Below are positions 49,234 through 60,477 of a stretch of DNA of 64,000 nucleotides, piece by piece (the stretch's first letter is position 1; the number at the start of each line of letters is the position of its first letter). The DNA is taken from NCBI GenBank assembly GCA_965112635.1, contig OZ218778.1, positions 384,001-448,000 of the forward strand, read 5' to 3'. The translations under genes and the position numbers were made by a program. The notes under the pieces are model-generated. The model saw only the letters and a program-made list of their open reading frames with translations, was not told the origin of the DNA and searched no databases. Source of the DNA: an uncultured bacterium. Its GTDB lineage: Bacteria; Oederibacteriota; Oederibacteriia; Oederibacteriales; Oederibacteriaceae.

Positions 49234-51510
49234 ATGACCGACATCTTCTCAGCTCAGATCGCATTGCGCTGCTACCAAAAAATGAGGGAAAAACTGCCTT
49301 CTCTCAGGAAACTTCTGGGCCGGCCTCTGACCCTTGCAGAGAAACTCCTTTTACTCCATTTATCCGAGATTCCCGCGTTCAAACCGGTACCCACGCAAAG
49401 CATGCTTCCGCTGCTTCCTGACCGGGTTGTCATGCAGGACGCCACGGCCCAGATGGCCCTGCTCCAGTTTGCCCAGGCAAAGCTGGAACGGGCAATGGTC
49501 CCAGCTACGGTTCACTGCGACCATTTGATCAGGGCTTGCAAAGGTGCTGATCAGGACCTTAAGTTAGCCCAAAAAGAAAATAAGGAAGTTTTTGAATTTC
49601 TAGCTTCTGCCTGCCAGAAATACGGGATCGGTTTCTGGAAACCCGGATCTGGAGTCATCCACCAGATTTTTCTTGAGAACTACGCGTTCCCTGGCGGACT
49701 CGCAGTCGGCAGTGATTCCCATACACCCAATGCGGGCGGACTAGGAATGCTGGCTGTGGGTGTTGGAGGCGCCGATACCGTAGAGGTCATGGCAGGTTTG
49801 ACCTGGGAATTGAAATATCCGGAATTGATCGGGGTCCGCCTTACTGGAGAGTTGCACGGCTGGACCTCCGCCAAGGATGTGATCCTCTATTTGTGCGGGC
49901 TCCTGACCACAAAGGGCGGAACTAATAAAATCATCGAGTACTTTGGTCCAGGCACAAGATCCCTGAGTTGCACGGGCAAAGCCACCATTGCCAACATGGG
50001 GGCTGAGGTCGGGGCGACTTCTTCGATATTCCCTTATGATGGGAGGATGGAAGCGTATCTCCAAGCCACAGGAAGGTCCGCAGTCGCGGAGATAGCCGGC
50101 CAGTACAGGGACCTTTTGACCCCTGATCCCGAAATCGAGACTGACCCTGGCCGCTATTATAACCGGGTCATTGAGATCAATCTTTCTACCTTGGAACCTT
50201 ATATCGTGGGGCCTCATACCCCTGATTTGGCCAGGCCTATTTCTCAGTTCGCCCAGGAGGTCAGAACAAAGGATTATCCTGAAAAAATATCAGCCGCTTT
50301 GGTAGGCAGTTGCACAAATTCATCTTACGAAGATTTAAATAGAGCTAAAGAGATTTCTTTGCAGGCTCATGCGGCTGGACTCCACATGTCCATTCCCTTG
50401 TTGGTGGGACCAGGTTCTGAAGAAATATTGCAAACTGCCCGCAGGGATGGGCAAATAAAGGCCTTTGAGGACATAGGCGCCACAATTTTAGCTAATGCTT
50501 GCGGGCCCTGCATTGGGCAATGGCAACGAGAAGATACAAAAAAGGGAGTTAAAAATTCGATACTAACGACCTTTAACCGGAATTTCGCCGCCCGCAACGA
50601 CGGGAATCCTGAAACCCTGGCCTTTATTGCCAGCCCCGAAATCGTAATAGCCATGGCCCTGGCCAGCCGTCTTTCTTTCAATCCCCTCGTCGATCCCATT
50701 GAACTGCCTGGCGGGAAAAAACTTAAATTCCTCCCCCCAACTCACGGGTCAGACATTCCTCCTGACGGCTTTGCGGATTATCGCGCTGGCTATGCCCCTC
50801 CTGCCGAAAATGGCTCCAACGTGCCTCTTGCAATTGACCCTCACAGCCAACGCTTGCAGCTTTTGGACCCTTTTCCTGCCTGGAAAGAACAGGATTTCTT
50901 AGATCTACCTATATTGCTCAAGGTCAAAGGCAAATGTACCACTGACCACATTTCGCCGGCAGGACCCTGGCTTAAATACAGGGGCCACCTGGACCGCATA
51001 AGCGATAATTTGTTTTCCGGAGCTTCAAACGCTTTCACTGGTTCAATCGGCAACGGCAAAAACCAATTGACCGGAGAACCAGGGATTCCTCTGGCCCAAG
51101 TCGCCCGCGCTTATAAATCTGTAGGTCTCCATTGGGCCGTCATCGCCGAGGATAACTATGGCGAAGGCAGCAGTCGGGAACACGCCGCCATGTCTCCAAG
51201 ACATTTGGGAGGGGCGATTATCATGGCTAAGAGTTTTGCCCGCATCCATGAGACGAACTTGAAGAAACAGGGTCTAGTACCCCTGGTTTTTGTGGACCCA
51301 GCAAACTATGACACCATCCAGGAAACGGACAGGATCAGCATTTCAGGCACTCTGAATCTTAGACCCGGAGACCATGTTATAGCAAAGATAGTTCATTCTA
51401 ATGGAGAAACTCAGGATATAGCGCTGCAACACAGTTTTAGTGCCGAACAAATCAAATGGTTTCAGGCAGGTTCGGCCTTAAATTATCTAAGATTGAAAAA
51501 TGAAATTTAA
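49234..51510 (+). CDS. aconitate hydratase (mitochondrial-type)
   Basis: MQDATAQMA, HCDH, DSHTPN, GSCTNSSYED, NACGPCIG, TTDHISPAG, GEGSSREHAA. Confidence 0.95.
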   Translation: MTDIFSAQIALRCYQKMREKLPSLRKLLGRPLTLAEKLLLLHLSEIPAFKPVPTQSMLPLLPDRVVMQDATAQMALLQFAQAKLERAMVPATVHCDHLIRACKGADQDLKLAQKENKEVFEFLASACQKYGIGFWKPGSGVIHQIFLENYAFPGGLAVGSDSHTPNAGGLGMLAVGVGGADTVEVMAGLTWELKYPELIGVRLTGELHGWTSAKDVILYLCGLLTTKGGTNKIIEYFGPGTRSLSCTGKATIANMGAEVGATSSIFPYDGRMEAYLQATGRSAVAEIAGQYRDLLTPDPEIETDPGRYYNRVIEINLSTLEPYIVGPHTPDLARPISQFAQEVRTKDYPEKISAALVGSCTNSSYEDLNRAKEISLQAHAAGLHMSIPLLVGPGSEEILQTARRDGQIKAFEDIGATILANACGPCIGQWQREDTKKGVKNSILTTFNRNFAARNDGNPETLAFIASPEIVIAMALASRLSFNPLVDPIELPGGKKLKFLPPTHGSDIPPDGFADYRAGYAPPAENGSNVPLAIDPHSQRLQLLDPFPAWKEQDFLDLPILLKVKGKCTTDHISPAGPWLKYRGHLDRISDNLFSGASNAFTGSIGNGKNQLTGEPGIPLAQVARAYKSVGLHWAVIAEDNYGEGSSREHAAMSPRHLGGAIIMAKSFARIHETNLKKQGLVPLVFVDPANYDTIQETDRISISGTLNLRPGDHVIAKIVHSNGETQDIALQHSFSAEQIKWFQAGSALNYLRLKNEI

Positions 51511-51555
51511 GGGTTGAATAATAAAGCTGAGGTATTTAGGATTGTCTAAAAATTT

Positions 51556-51630
51556 TGGAGCGGGAGACGGGGTTTGAACCCGCGACTTTCACCTTGGCAA
51601 GGTGACACTCTACCACTGAGTTACTCCCGC
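51556..51630 (-). tRNA. tRNA-Gly (GCC)
   Basis: GCGGGAGTAACTCAGTGGTAGAGTGTCACCTTGCCAAGGTGAAAGTCGCGGGTTCAAACCCCGTCTCCCGCTCCA: cloverleaf with encoded CCA. Confidence 0.97.
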
Positions 51631-51693
51631 ACCCTTTGCTTGGTCCGGATTTCTCCAAATCACCTTGGGAACGCAAAGTATTGTACCAAAAAA

Positions 51694-52512
51694 TCACGGC
51701 TCTTTTGACAAAAGTTTTATTGACTCAACGCAGAGATGGAATATTTCCTCAGGTTTTTTCCCTGCCAGGTCTCCCGTCTGCTGGTTGGGGACTCGAACGC
51801 TTACAAAACCGTTATAACCGTCTTGAACTAATGAGGCAAAAAGGGATTTTAAATGAGCATCACCCTTGCCCGGAAGAACCTCTTTTCCATCACGCGCCGA
51901 ACAATCCTCAGCCCTGACATACGCGATATGTTTCCTGAGCAAGGGATAGGCTCGAGAAGCCGGAGGCACACCTGCCAGGACAAATTGCCCCGGTACAAAG
52001 CAAAACCTAAGTTTTGGCGCTGATAGTTCCGTCAATATTTCCAGACATCTTTCAGCGCTATCGGCGTACATTCCCGCGCTATTTTCCAAGGTTAACACTA
52101 CCGAGCTATTCTCTGCCAAAGAGATCATTTTCCCCAGGCGGTCTAGAACTTTAAAGCGATGCTTGGGGAACGGGTCACCTAAGGGCATGTAAAAAGAGCT
52201 GATGCTCAAGTATCGAGAGCCGAAAAACTCCACTAAAGCCACGGCTTTGACCAACAGGTCCATATGTTTCTCGAAGTCGTCCTCGATAGATATTTTTCCG
52301 AGGTCGGCGTCCATCATCGACACATGACACGCCAGATCATTGAGAACGGCCTTCAACTCCCTTGCCTCTTCCATAGACAAAGAAAGGATACTTTTCCCTT
52401 TCCAACTATGGAGGTCAACCTGATGCAAACACTCTTCCTGAACAATGAATGTCGCAAAAAACCTAAAGTCAGGACTAAAAGAATCAGGGGAAGCAGCAAG
52501 GGAGAACATCAA
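51694..52512 (-). CDS. sugar phosphate isomerase/epimerase (AP-endonuclease-2 TIM barrel) family, divergent
   Basis: LTLENSAG.Y.DS.ERC, GKGDA, GYNGF.S match the family layout. Confidence 0.7.
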   Translation of the reverse strand: MMFSLAASPDSFSPDFRFFATFIVQEECLHQVDLHSWKGKSILSLSMEEARELKAVLNDLACHVSMMDADLGKISIEDDFEKHMDLLVKAVALVEFFGSRYLSISSFYMPLGDPFPKHRFKVLDRLGKMISLAENSSVVLTLENSAGMYADSAERCLEILTELSAPKLRFCFVPGQFVLAGVPPASRAYPLLRKHIAYVRAEDCSARDGKEVLPGKGDAHLKSLFASLVQDGYNGFVSVRVPNQQTGDLAGKKPEEIFHLCVESIKLLSKEP

Positions 52513-52566
52513 ATAGACTCCAATAAAGAATTAATATCCACAACCTTCGACCATATTAATAATAAC

Positions 52567-53430
52567 CTATTGTTCCACTTTTTGCGCCAAAACTACCCTG
52601 TCTATTCCTCGATAGTCTTTATGGCTTTCCACCAGAAAACCTTTTTGTTTAAGCCATAATTCGACCTTTTTCTTCTGTCCTATACCTATCTCTAACCCCA
52701 ACCATCCGCCTGGTTTCAAATAGGGGTTGGCCTGAGAACATATTTTTTTTAACAACCTTAATCCTTGGGGTCCCCCAGTTAAAGCGATCCTGGGTTCTTT
52801 TTTTACCTCCGGCATCAACCGACTTATCTCCATAGATGAAACATAAGGCGGATTGGAAATGACTCCGTCAAAAAAATTCTTATATTTTCTAGGATCAAAC
52901 GGCCTGAAAAGATTACCCTGTTTTAATATTACTTTCTTTTGCAGTTGATGATTATTTATATTATGTCTTGCCACAGCTAAAGTCTGTTTGGAAATATCCG
53001 TGGCCCAGATTTTTGATGGCAACTCTTTTCCTAAAGCAAGAGCAATACATCCACTGCCCGTCCCAAGATCTAAAAATTTCAGCCCTTTACTTCTCTCAAA
53101 CTTTTTAATGAACTGCTCGACCAAAATCTCCGTCTCTGGCCTAGGGATTAATACCCGGCGATCAACATAAAGGGAAAAATGATAAAAATCACACAATGAA
53201 AAAAGATAGGCGAAGGGCGTGTGATTAGCGCGCTCTTCCACCTTTTTTTGAAATTGTCTTAATTGGGAAAGGCTCAGGATGCGCTCTGGATGGGCCAGCA
53301 AAACGGACCTGTCTTTCTTTAAGGTCCCGGCCAATATTTCAAAGGCCTCCCTGATAGGGCCGGCAATGGCCTTCTGACGCAATCGCTGGCTGGCCGCCTT
53401 CAGGGCTGCTCCCACTGTAAAAGGGGTCAT
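52567..53430 (-). CDS. prmC: release factor glutamine methyltransferase
   Basis: [21 protein letters not shown]. Confidence 0.95.
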   Translation of the reverse strand: MTPFTVGAALKAASQRLRQKAIAGPIREAFEILAGTLKKDRSVLLAHPERILSLSQLRQFQKKVEERANHTPFAYLFSLCDFYHFSLYVDRRVLIPRPETEILVEQFIKKFERSKGLKFLDLGTGSGCIALALGKELPSKIWATDISKQTLAVARHNINNHQLQKKVILKQGNLFRPFDPRKYKNFFDGVISNPPYVSSMEISRLMPEVKKEPRIALTGGPQGLRLLKKICSQANPYLKPGGWLGLEIGIGQKKKVELWLKQKGFLVESHKDYRGIDRVVLAQKVEQ

Positions 53431-54491
53431 ACGACTTTTTTCAGCTGCTCAGCTTGGTCCGCGACGACAAGCGCTTCAAGGACCTGCATTAGAGCGCCGT
53501 TCAAGATCATATCTAATTTTTGCCAGGATTCTCCTATGCGATGATCGGTCACCCGGTTCTGAGGGTAGTTGTAGGTGCGTATCTTCTCGCTACGATCACC
53601 GCTTTTGACCATGGACTGCCGTGTTTCGGCGATCTGGGCCTGCTGTTCCTCTTCATATTTTTGTTTCAATCGGGCCCTCAGGACCCGCATGGCCTTAGCC
53701 TTATTTTTTATCTGCGATTTCTCGTCCTGGCAGGACACAACGATCCCGCTGGGCAGATGGGTGATCCTGACAGCGGAATAGGTGGTGTTTACGCTTTGTC
53801 CCCCCGGACCCGAGGAACAAAAAGTGTCGATGCGGATATCTTGGGGCTGGATATTGACTTCAATCTCCTCAGCTTCAGGCAGAACGGCCACTGTGACTGC
53901 CGAGGTATGGATGCGACCCTGGGTCTCCGTGATGGGAATGCGCTGAACCCGGTGCACACCGCTCTCGTACTTCAGGTATTTATAGGCCTGCCTCCCCTGC
54001 ACCGCGAAAATAACTTCTTTTAGCCCTCCGAGGTCAGTCGGATTGCTCTCTAAAAGTTCGGTTTTCCAATTCCGGCTTTCACCAAATCTGGAATACATCC
54101 TGTAAAGGTCAGAAGCGAACAAGGCGGCTTCCTCGCCCCCTGTTCCAGCTCTGATCTCCATGATCAGGTTCTTATCGTCATCCAGGCCTTTGGGGACCAG
54201 CAAAACCTTTAATTCTTCCTCCAGGACGGCCAACTTGGCCTTAAGAGGCTCCAACTCGTTCTTGGCCAGCTGAGAAAGCTCCTTATCCTTGCTCTCCACT
54301 AAGAGCTTGGCTTCTTCGAGGTCTTTCTGGACCTTTTGGTAATCCTGGAACTTTTCCACAACAGACTTAAGCTCTGCGTAGGCTTTGGCGACCCTCTGCA
54401 AATCACCGGGATTAGACAATACCTTTGGATCAGCCAATTGCTTCCCCAGGTCTTGGAATTTTGCTTCCATCGTTTTCAGTTTATCCAGCAT
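53427..54491 (-). CDS. prfA: peptide chain release factor 1
   Basis: GTGGEEA, PxT (PIT), [12 protein letters not shown]. Confidence 0.97.
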   Translation of the reverse strand: MLDKLKTMEAKFQDLGKQLADPKVLSNPGDLQRVAKAYAELKSVVEKFQDYQKVQKDLEEAKLLVESKDKELSQLAKNELEPLKAKLAVLEEELKVLLVPKGLDDDKNLIMEIRAGTGGEEAALFASDLYRMYSRFGESRNWKTELLESNPTDLGGLKEVIFAVQGRQAYKYLKYESGVHRVQRIPITETQGRIHTSAVTVAVLPEAEEIEVNIQPQDIRIDTFCSSGPGGQSVNTTYSAVRITHLPSGIVVSCQDEKSQIKNKAKAMRVLRARLKQKYEEEQQAQIAETRQSMVKSGDRSEKIRTYNYPQNRVTDHRIGESWQKLDMILNGALMQVLEALVVADQAEQLKKVV

Positions 54492-54512
54492 AGCTCACCT
54501 TGTGTTGTAAAT

Positions 54513-54545
54513 AAAAAAGACAGGCGTATTGAGCCTGTCTTTTTT
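54513..54545. terminator. intrinsic terminator after rpmE (symmetrical A/T tracts)
   Basis: AAAAAAGACAGGC-gtattga-GCCTGTCTTTTTT. Confidence 0.8.
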
Positions 54546-54556
54546 ATTGATTGAAT

Positions 54557-54763
54557 TTAGGCTTGTTTTTTGGCGTACTTTTTCCTGTATCTCTCCACCC
54601 TGCCGTCCGTATCAATCAGCTTGTGCTGTCCCGTGAAAAGCGGATGGCATTTGGAACAGATTTCAATGTGCATATTTTCCCTGGTCGAGCGCGTATGGAT
54701 GATTTCCCCGCACGCGCAGGTGATAGTGGTCTCCTTATAAACTGGCTGAATACTTTTGTTCAT
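54557..54763 (-). CDS. rpmE: 50S ribosomal protein L31 (zinc-binding type)
   Basis: CACG, ICSKCHP.FTG, GRVER. Confidence 0.96.
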   Translation of the reverse strand: MNKSIQPVYKETTITCACGEIIHTRSTRENMHIEICSKCHPLFTGQHKLIDTDGRVERYRKKYAKKQA

Positions 54764-54836
54764 TGTTTTCTCCTTTTCATATTAATCTACCAAAAAACTT
54801 TCATTTTGAGAACAAAATCCTGATTCTATCCGGCTC

Positions 54837-55790
54837 TTATTCACCTCCGACAGCGGCCCTCCTGCTCATAACGGTCACTGACTGAATACCTAGATAGACA
54901 TAAGGGCTGACCGGCTTCCCGTTCCTTCTTACTTCAAAGTGCAGGTGAGGCCCTGTGGAAGAACCCGTGCTGCCCACTTGTGCTATCACCTGCCCCTTTT
55001 TCACCCTTTGGCCGGCGTCAACGAACGATTTGGAGGTATGACCGTAATAGGTGGACAAACTTCCTTTATGGTCTAAAATCACCAGCCGTCCATACCCTCC
55101 CATCCAACCCACGAATTCCACGATTCCGTCCGCAGCGGCATGAATAGGGGTCCCCCAGGCGGCCCTGAGATCGACGCCCCGATGAACCTCCCTTAGGCCT
55201 GTGACTGGGTTTTTGCGCCGGTCCCCGTATCCGCTGCTGATGGACAGATTGCCGTCCAAGGGTCTGGCGAACTTAGCTCGTATACTTCGTTTTAATTTGA
55301 TTAGCAGCCGCCCGCTGGCCCGGTCTAGGGGCTTGGCTCCGGGGATAAAAATTTCCTGGCCCATTCGCAGACGCTCGGGCTTGCTGATACCGTTGGCTTT
55401 TAAAATATCCTCTATTTTTACTTTAAAGGCATTGCTCAAATCGCTTAGAGTCTGGCCTTCCCGTACGCGGTAAAAGATCCCCTTTTGATCCACGACCTCG
55501 ATGATCATGCCGGGAACCAGCGTGCGGATACCTTTGAAGTTGTTGACCCCCCGGTACTGGTCCACGTTAAGGCCCCGCAAAGTGTCCACATCGATGTAAA
55601 AACGGTCGGCAACGGTGGCCAGAGTGTCTCCGGGACGGACTTGGTAGGTCACCATCTTGATTTCCTGTTGTTCCGTGGACTCGGCCCCAATACAATGGCA
55701 GAGCCCTAAAACAATTAAAAAAAACGCGAGGATTAGGACACGGAATTTAAGATTGGGGAGGCGGGCAAAATCGCTTTCAACAAAACTCAT
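54837..55790 (-). CDS. LysM + M23 family peptidase
   Basis: Two LysM domains, HRGVD, STGPHLHFE. Confidence 0.92.
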   Translation of the reverse strand: MSFVESDFARLPNLKFRVLILAFFLIVLGLCHCIGAESTEQQEIKMVTYQVRPGDTLATVADRFYIDVDTLRGLNVDQYRGVNNFKGIRTLVPGMIIEVVDQKGIFYRVREGQTLSDLSNAFKVKIEDILKANGISKPERLRMGQEIFIPGAKPLDRASGRLLIKLKRSIRAKFARPLDGNLSISSGYGDRRKNPVTGLREVHRGVDLRAAWGTPIHAAADGIVEFVGWMGGYGRLVILDHKGSLSTYYGHTSKSFVDAGQRVKKGQVIAQVGSTGSSTGPHLHFEVRRNGKPVSPYVYLGIQSVTVMSRRAAVGGE

Positions 55791-55801
55791 CGATCCTACC
55801 T

Positions 55802-57058
55802 TTATCCTACAGTCATGGATTTCAAAAATTCTTTGTTCGATTTGGTTTTACCCATTTTTTCAATGACCAATTCCATGGCATCCACGGGGTTGGAATTGAT
55901 TAGGACTTTTCGCAGCACCCACATCTTATTGAGCTCTTCCTCAGCTAAGAGGAGTTCTTCTTTACGAGTGCCGGATTTGCAGATATCAATGGCAGGGAAA
56001 ACCCTCCGGTCAGCCAGCCGGCGATCCAACCAAAGCTCCATATTACCGGTGCCTTTGAATTCTTCAAAAATAACGTCGTCCATACGGCTGCCGGTCTCGA
56101 TAAGCGCCGTGGCCATGATGGTCAGACTGCCTCCCTCTTCGATGTTCCTAGCCGCCCCAAAAAACCTTTTGGGCCTCTGCAAAGCGTTGGAATCAACGCC
56201 ACCCGATAATATTTTGCCGCTGGGAGGAACAATGGTGTTATAAGCGCGGGCCAGACGGGTAATACTGTCCAGAAGGATCACCACGTCCTTCTGGTGTTCG
56301 ACCAGGCGTTTGGCTTTTTCTATGACCATCTCCGCCACTTGGACATGCCGTTCCGCGGGTTCGTCAAAAGTGGAACTCACCACCTCGCCTTTGACCGACC
56401 TTTGCATATCCGTGACTTCCTCGGGTCTTTCATCGATGAGAAGAACGATGAGTACGATTTCAGGATGGTTGGTCGTGATACTGTTGGCGATCTTCTGCAG
56501 CAACACCGTCTTTCCAGTCCTCGGGGACGCCACGATCAAACCTCTTTGCCCTTTTCCGAGTGGAGTAAAAAGGTTCATAATCCTCATGGATACTTCTTCG
56601 GTGCTGGTTTCCAGATTGACCCTTTCATCAGGATAAAGAGGGGTAAGGTTATCAAAAAGGATCTTATCCTTTGTGGCCTCAGGATTCTCGAAGTTGACCG
56701 CCTCGACCTTGAGCAGAGCGAAATAGCGTTCTCCCTCTTTAGGCGGACGTACCTGCCCGGAAACAGTATCGCCTGTCCTTAGGTCAAATCGCCGAATCTG
56801 TGATGGCGACACATAGATATCATCAGGCCCGGGCAGGTAGTTATAATTGGTGGACCTTAAAAAACCAAAACCATCCTGCAAAACTTCTAGGACGCCTTCA
56901 GCGAAAATAAGCCCGTTTTTCTGGGCTTGCCCTTCCAATATCTTGAAGATAAGCTCCTGTTTCTTAATCCCGCTTATTCCCTCCAGCTTGAGTTCTTTGG
57001 CGATAGCAGAAAGGTCGGATATCGTTTTTTTCTTCAATTCAGCTAAATTTAGATTCAT
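55802..57058 (-). CDS. rho: transcription termination factor Rho
   Basis: [29 protein letters not shown]. Confidence 0.98.
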   Translation of the reverse strand: MNLNLAELKKKTISDLSAIAKELKLEGISGIKKQELIFKILEGQAQKNGLIFAEGVLEVLQDGFGFLRSTNYNYLPGPDDIYVSPSQIRRFDLRTGDTVSGQVRPPKEGERYFALLKVEAVNFENPEATKDKILFDNLTPLYPDERVNLETSTEEVSMRIMNLFTPLGKGQRGLIVASPRTGKTVLLQKIANSITTNHPEIVLIVLLIDERPEEVTDMQRSVKGEVVSSTFDEPAERHVQVAEMVIEKAKRLVEHQKDVVILLDSITRLARAYNTIVPPSGKILSGGVDSNALQRPKRFFGAARNIEEGGSLTIMATALIETGSRMDDVIFEEFKGTGNMELWLDRRLADRRVFPAIDICKSGTRKEELLLAEEELNKMWVLRKVLINSNPVDAMELVIEKMGKTKSNKEFLKSMTVG

Positions 57059-57307
57059 TAAAACTCCTTTGTCATGAATAATTTATTTCGCAAAATGGAT
57101 TTTGATAGCAGGAACATCAGCAGGATTTTATAAAGTGAATAATGACATGGTTAATAATTTGGGCTCCACGCAGACATGCAAATACTAAAAAAGATTTAAC
57201 AGCTGATTTTTTGCGCTTTCTGGTAAGTGCTATATTTCTATATCTTTTCTTCCCTTCTGTCAAGGGCAATCTCGGAACAACCAATTCTCCCAGCGAAATC
57301 CTTTATT

Positions 57308-57934
57308 TCAATATCCTTTTTTGTTTCTGGCCCTCGTAAGGGATTGCCATATTCTCAGAGCTTTTGTCCTCAAATTCCCTAGTGTTGAACTGTTATGTAT
57401 TACAAAATCTGCATTCCTCAGCCTCTTTTTAGGGGCCATTTGGCTTCTGATCCTTATCCCTGCGTCCTGCCCAGCGAACCCTCTCTTGCGCAACCAATGG
57501 ATTTGATTGGTCCGCGAGGCCATGACAATGATCACTACATCCACATCAGCAACCAGTCCAGCCTCTAGTAAAAGAGGGGCATCCACGACAATAAACCTAG
57601 CTGAAGAATGACGCAGCCGCTTGATTGTTTTCCGCAGGTCCCTGACTACAGATGGATGAATAATGCGATTTAGTCTTTTTAAGGCCCTGGGGTCCCTAAA
57701 AACAATGTCACCCAGTTTCTTACGGTCTATCTGCCCACTGTTTTTCAGGATCGTTTGCCCGAAAGTCCTGACCAGTCTGGCGTAACTCTGTTGATTAGGC
57801 TGCAGGTAAGTTCGGGCTAATTGGTCAGCATTGAGGATCCTGGCTCCCCAGCGATGGAATAATCCAGCTACGGTGCTTTTCCCGGAGGCAATCCCGCCAG
57901 CGATGCCAATGACCAGGGGCTTAGGGGCATTCAT
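57308..57934 (-). CDS. coaE: dephospho-CoA kinase
   Basis: GGIASGKST, IDRKKLG, IIHP, DAPLL.E. Start refined to the ATG at 57934. Confidence 0.93.
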   Translation of the reverse strand: MNAPKPLVIGIAGGIASGKSTVAGLFHRWGARILNADQLARTYLQPNQQSYARLVRTFGQTILKNSGQIDRKKLGDIVFRDPRALKRLNRIIHPSVVRDLRKTIKRLRHSSARFIVVDAPLLLEAGLVADVDVVIIVMASRTNQIHWLRKRGFAGQDAGIRIRSQMAPKKRLRNADFVIHNSSTLGNLRTKALRIWQSLTRARNKKGY

Positions 57935-57953
57935 TAGACAACCTCGATTTTTC

Positions 57954-59386
57954 TCAGGATAATACCAACCGTTTGATGAGCGCTTTGCCGACACCAAGGA
58001 TTTGCTGTACCTTTTTCCAGTTCTGACTTTCACAATAAAGTCTTAGCAATGGTTCCGTACCCGATCCTCTGAAAAGCAACCAGCTACCCCCTCGTAGAAC
58101 ATACTTGACGCCGTCCAAGGTGTCTATTTTTTGAATAGGCAATCCCGCCAAGGAAGACACTGGGTTTTTTACTAAAGATGAAAATATCTTTTCTTTTTAT
58201 CCATCGGCACAAAAAGATCGTTCCGATGGTAAAAAGAAGGTCCACATATTTTTTCGATATCTTTTAGGATCTCCTCCGGCCGGCGACGTTCCATGGCGAC
58301 CAACTCCAACAATAACAACGCCCCCAAAATTCCGTCTCGCTCAGGAATATGATTTTTGAATCCAATGCCGCCGCTTTCTTCTCCGCCTATCAGCACATCA
58401 CCGTCGATCATATGCCGGGCGATATTTTTAAAACCAACTGGCGTAACATGGCTTTTTAAATTGAACTTTCTAGTTAGGTTTTCTACTATGCTCGTCGTAG
58501 AAACCGTATAGACCACATCACCCCTTATCCCCTTGTTCTTATAAAGGTGCCACAAAAGCAAAGCCAATATCTGTGAGGAATACAAGAATCGCCCTCGCCC
58601 ATCTACCCCGCCCATGCGGTCAGCATCTCCATCGCTGGCAATGCCAAAGTCACAACGATGCTTTTTGACCGTCTTCTCCAAGTCCCCTAGATTTTCCTCG
58701 ATAGGTTCTGGAAATATTCCTCCAAACATAGGGTTGGGAGTCCCGTGTATTTGCAATAAGTTGATCCTGGAGCCTACCAGAATATTCTGGACGCAACCGA
58801 TCCCGGCCCCATACATCGGGTCAATAGCCACCTTTAATTTGGAATTTCTGATCGTTTTCAAATCCACATATCCAGCGACCTTTTTAAAATAGAGGGGCAG
58901 CAGATCGACCTTAGTGATTAAACGCTCTTTTTGACTGACTGAAGCTACCTTGGCCTGATGCTTATGGACCAACTGCTCCACGGCCTGGGTTGTTTCCGGG
59001 AACGCCGAACCTCCAAAATAAGATTTAATTTTTATGCCGTTATATTCGTAAGGGTTATGACTGGAGGTAACCATCACCCCTCCGCCACAACCTCTTTTGA
59101 CGATATTGAGGGATACCGCAGGAGTAGGGGCAACAGAGCTGCTCAGGAGAACCGGGATGTTATTGGCTGCTAGGACTTGCGCAACAGTTTGCGCGAATTT
59201 GGAAGACAGGAACCGGGTATCATAGCCGACCACCAGCCCCTTGCGGGTGACACTTTTATCATGAGCCTTGAAATATTCGGCTATGGCCTGGGACACGGAC
59301 CTGACATTATCAAAAGTGAATTCTTCGCCTATTTTGGCACGCCAACCGTCCGTGCCGAATTTTATCGCTTTTTTCTCTTGCGTCAT
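57954..59386 (-). pseudogene. phosphoglucomutase/phosphomannomutase, split by a single-base frameshift near 58190 (real or assembly error)
   Basis: FGTDGWR, TSSHNP, DGDADR, GEESGG lie in 58172..59386. The C-terminal DGVK..RGSGTEP.LRLY.E lies in another frame (57954..58160). Confidence 0.8.
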
Positions 59387-59399
59387 CCTGAGTTCCTGG

Positions 59400-60446
59400 T
59401 TAGATTTTGCTATGGGGGGCTATAGTGGTACCCTCGCCAAGTACGGTACCTTCTCGCAATTGGGCAAAAGCCCCGATGTGGCATCTGCTTCCGACGATAC
59501 AGCCGCGCAAGATCGCTTCTTCGTCGATCCTGACGTTTTCCCACAGAACAGACTCATGCAGCAAAGCCCTCTTTTTGACATGGCTGCTTCTGCCGATCAC
59601 GCATCGTTCTACATGGACCCCGCTGTCTATTTTGCATGTTTCCGCGATAGCCAGAGGGCCGACCAGCTTGGCGTCTTTAGCGACAGATGTTTTTTTTCCT
59701 ATCTTAATACCGTTTCTTCCCATCGTGAGCCCGGTGCTCACCCGCTTTTCCAGGATATCCATGTTGGCTTGCAGATAATTTTCCGGCTTGCCGATATCCA
59801 GCCAGTAACCCTTGTAAGGATAGGCATAAAAACGTTCTTTTTGTTTTAAAAGCAAAGGAAATAGTTCCCGCTCCACAGAATAGACAGTTTTTTCCGGCAT
59901 CAGGGAAAAAACTTCCGGTTCAAAAAGATAAGTACCCGCGTTGATCCAATTGCTTCTTGCCTCCGCCCAGCTGGGCTTCTCCAAAAACCGCCGTATACGC
60001 CTAAACGGACTAGTCTCCACCACACCATAACTTGTTGGATCCTCAATTTTATTTAGGACTATGGTAGCCATGGCTTTCTTTTTGTGATGAAATTTGGTCA
60101 AAACAGTCAGATCCAGGTCTGTAAAAACATCGCCGTTAAAAATGATTGTTGGCCCATGGATAAACTTTTCTGCGTTTTTAATAGCACCCCCGGTTCCCAG
60201 AGGTTTGGATTCAATCGCATAGAAAATCTGCATTCCCATTTTGGAGCCATCGCCGAATACTGCTTTGATCAGATCAGGTTTGTATCCTACCGCAAAAATA
60301 ACCTCCCTGATTCCGTGTCTTTTTAATAATTCGAGCTGATATTCCAACAAAGGTTTGTTAACCAAGGGAACAATGGGTTTGGGAAGATTTAAAGTAAGTG
60401 GCCTCAACCGAGTTCCTTCTCCACCAACTAAAATAATAGCTCTCAT
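59400..60446 (-). CDS. NDP-sugar pyrophosphorylase (mannose-1-phosphate guanylyltransferase-like)
   Basis: GGEGTRLRPLT..PKP, LGTGGA, WLDIG, C-terminal left-handed beta-helix. Confidence 0.9.
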   Translation of the reverse strand: MRAIILVGGEGTRLRPLTLNLPKPIVPLVNKPLLEYQLELLKRHGIREVIFAVGYKPDLIKAVFGDGSKMGMQIFYAIESKPLGTGGAIKNAEKFIHGPTIIFNGDVFTDLDLTVLTKFHHKKKAMATIVLNKIEDPTSYGVVETSPFRRIRRFLEKPSWAEARSNWINAGTYLFEPEVFSLMPEKTVYSVERELFPLLLKQKERFYAYPYKGYWLDIGKPENYLQANMDILEKRVSTGLTMGRNGIKIGKKTSVAKDAKLVGPLAIAETCKIDSGVHVERCVIGRSSHVKKRALLHESVLWENVRIDEEAILRGCIVGSRCHIGAFAQLREGTVLGEGTTIAPHSKI

Positions 60447-60477
60447 CTTTTCTCCTTAGTCGGTATTTTATCCGTAT

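Noticed and set aside
57060-57300. Attenuator or leader peptide upstream of rho
   Set aside because: A TTGACA is present, but there is no convincing -10, hairpin or ORF to support a call.
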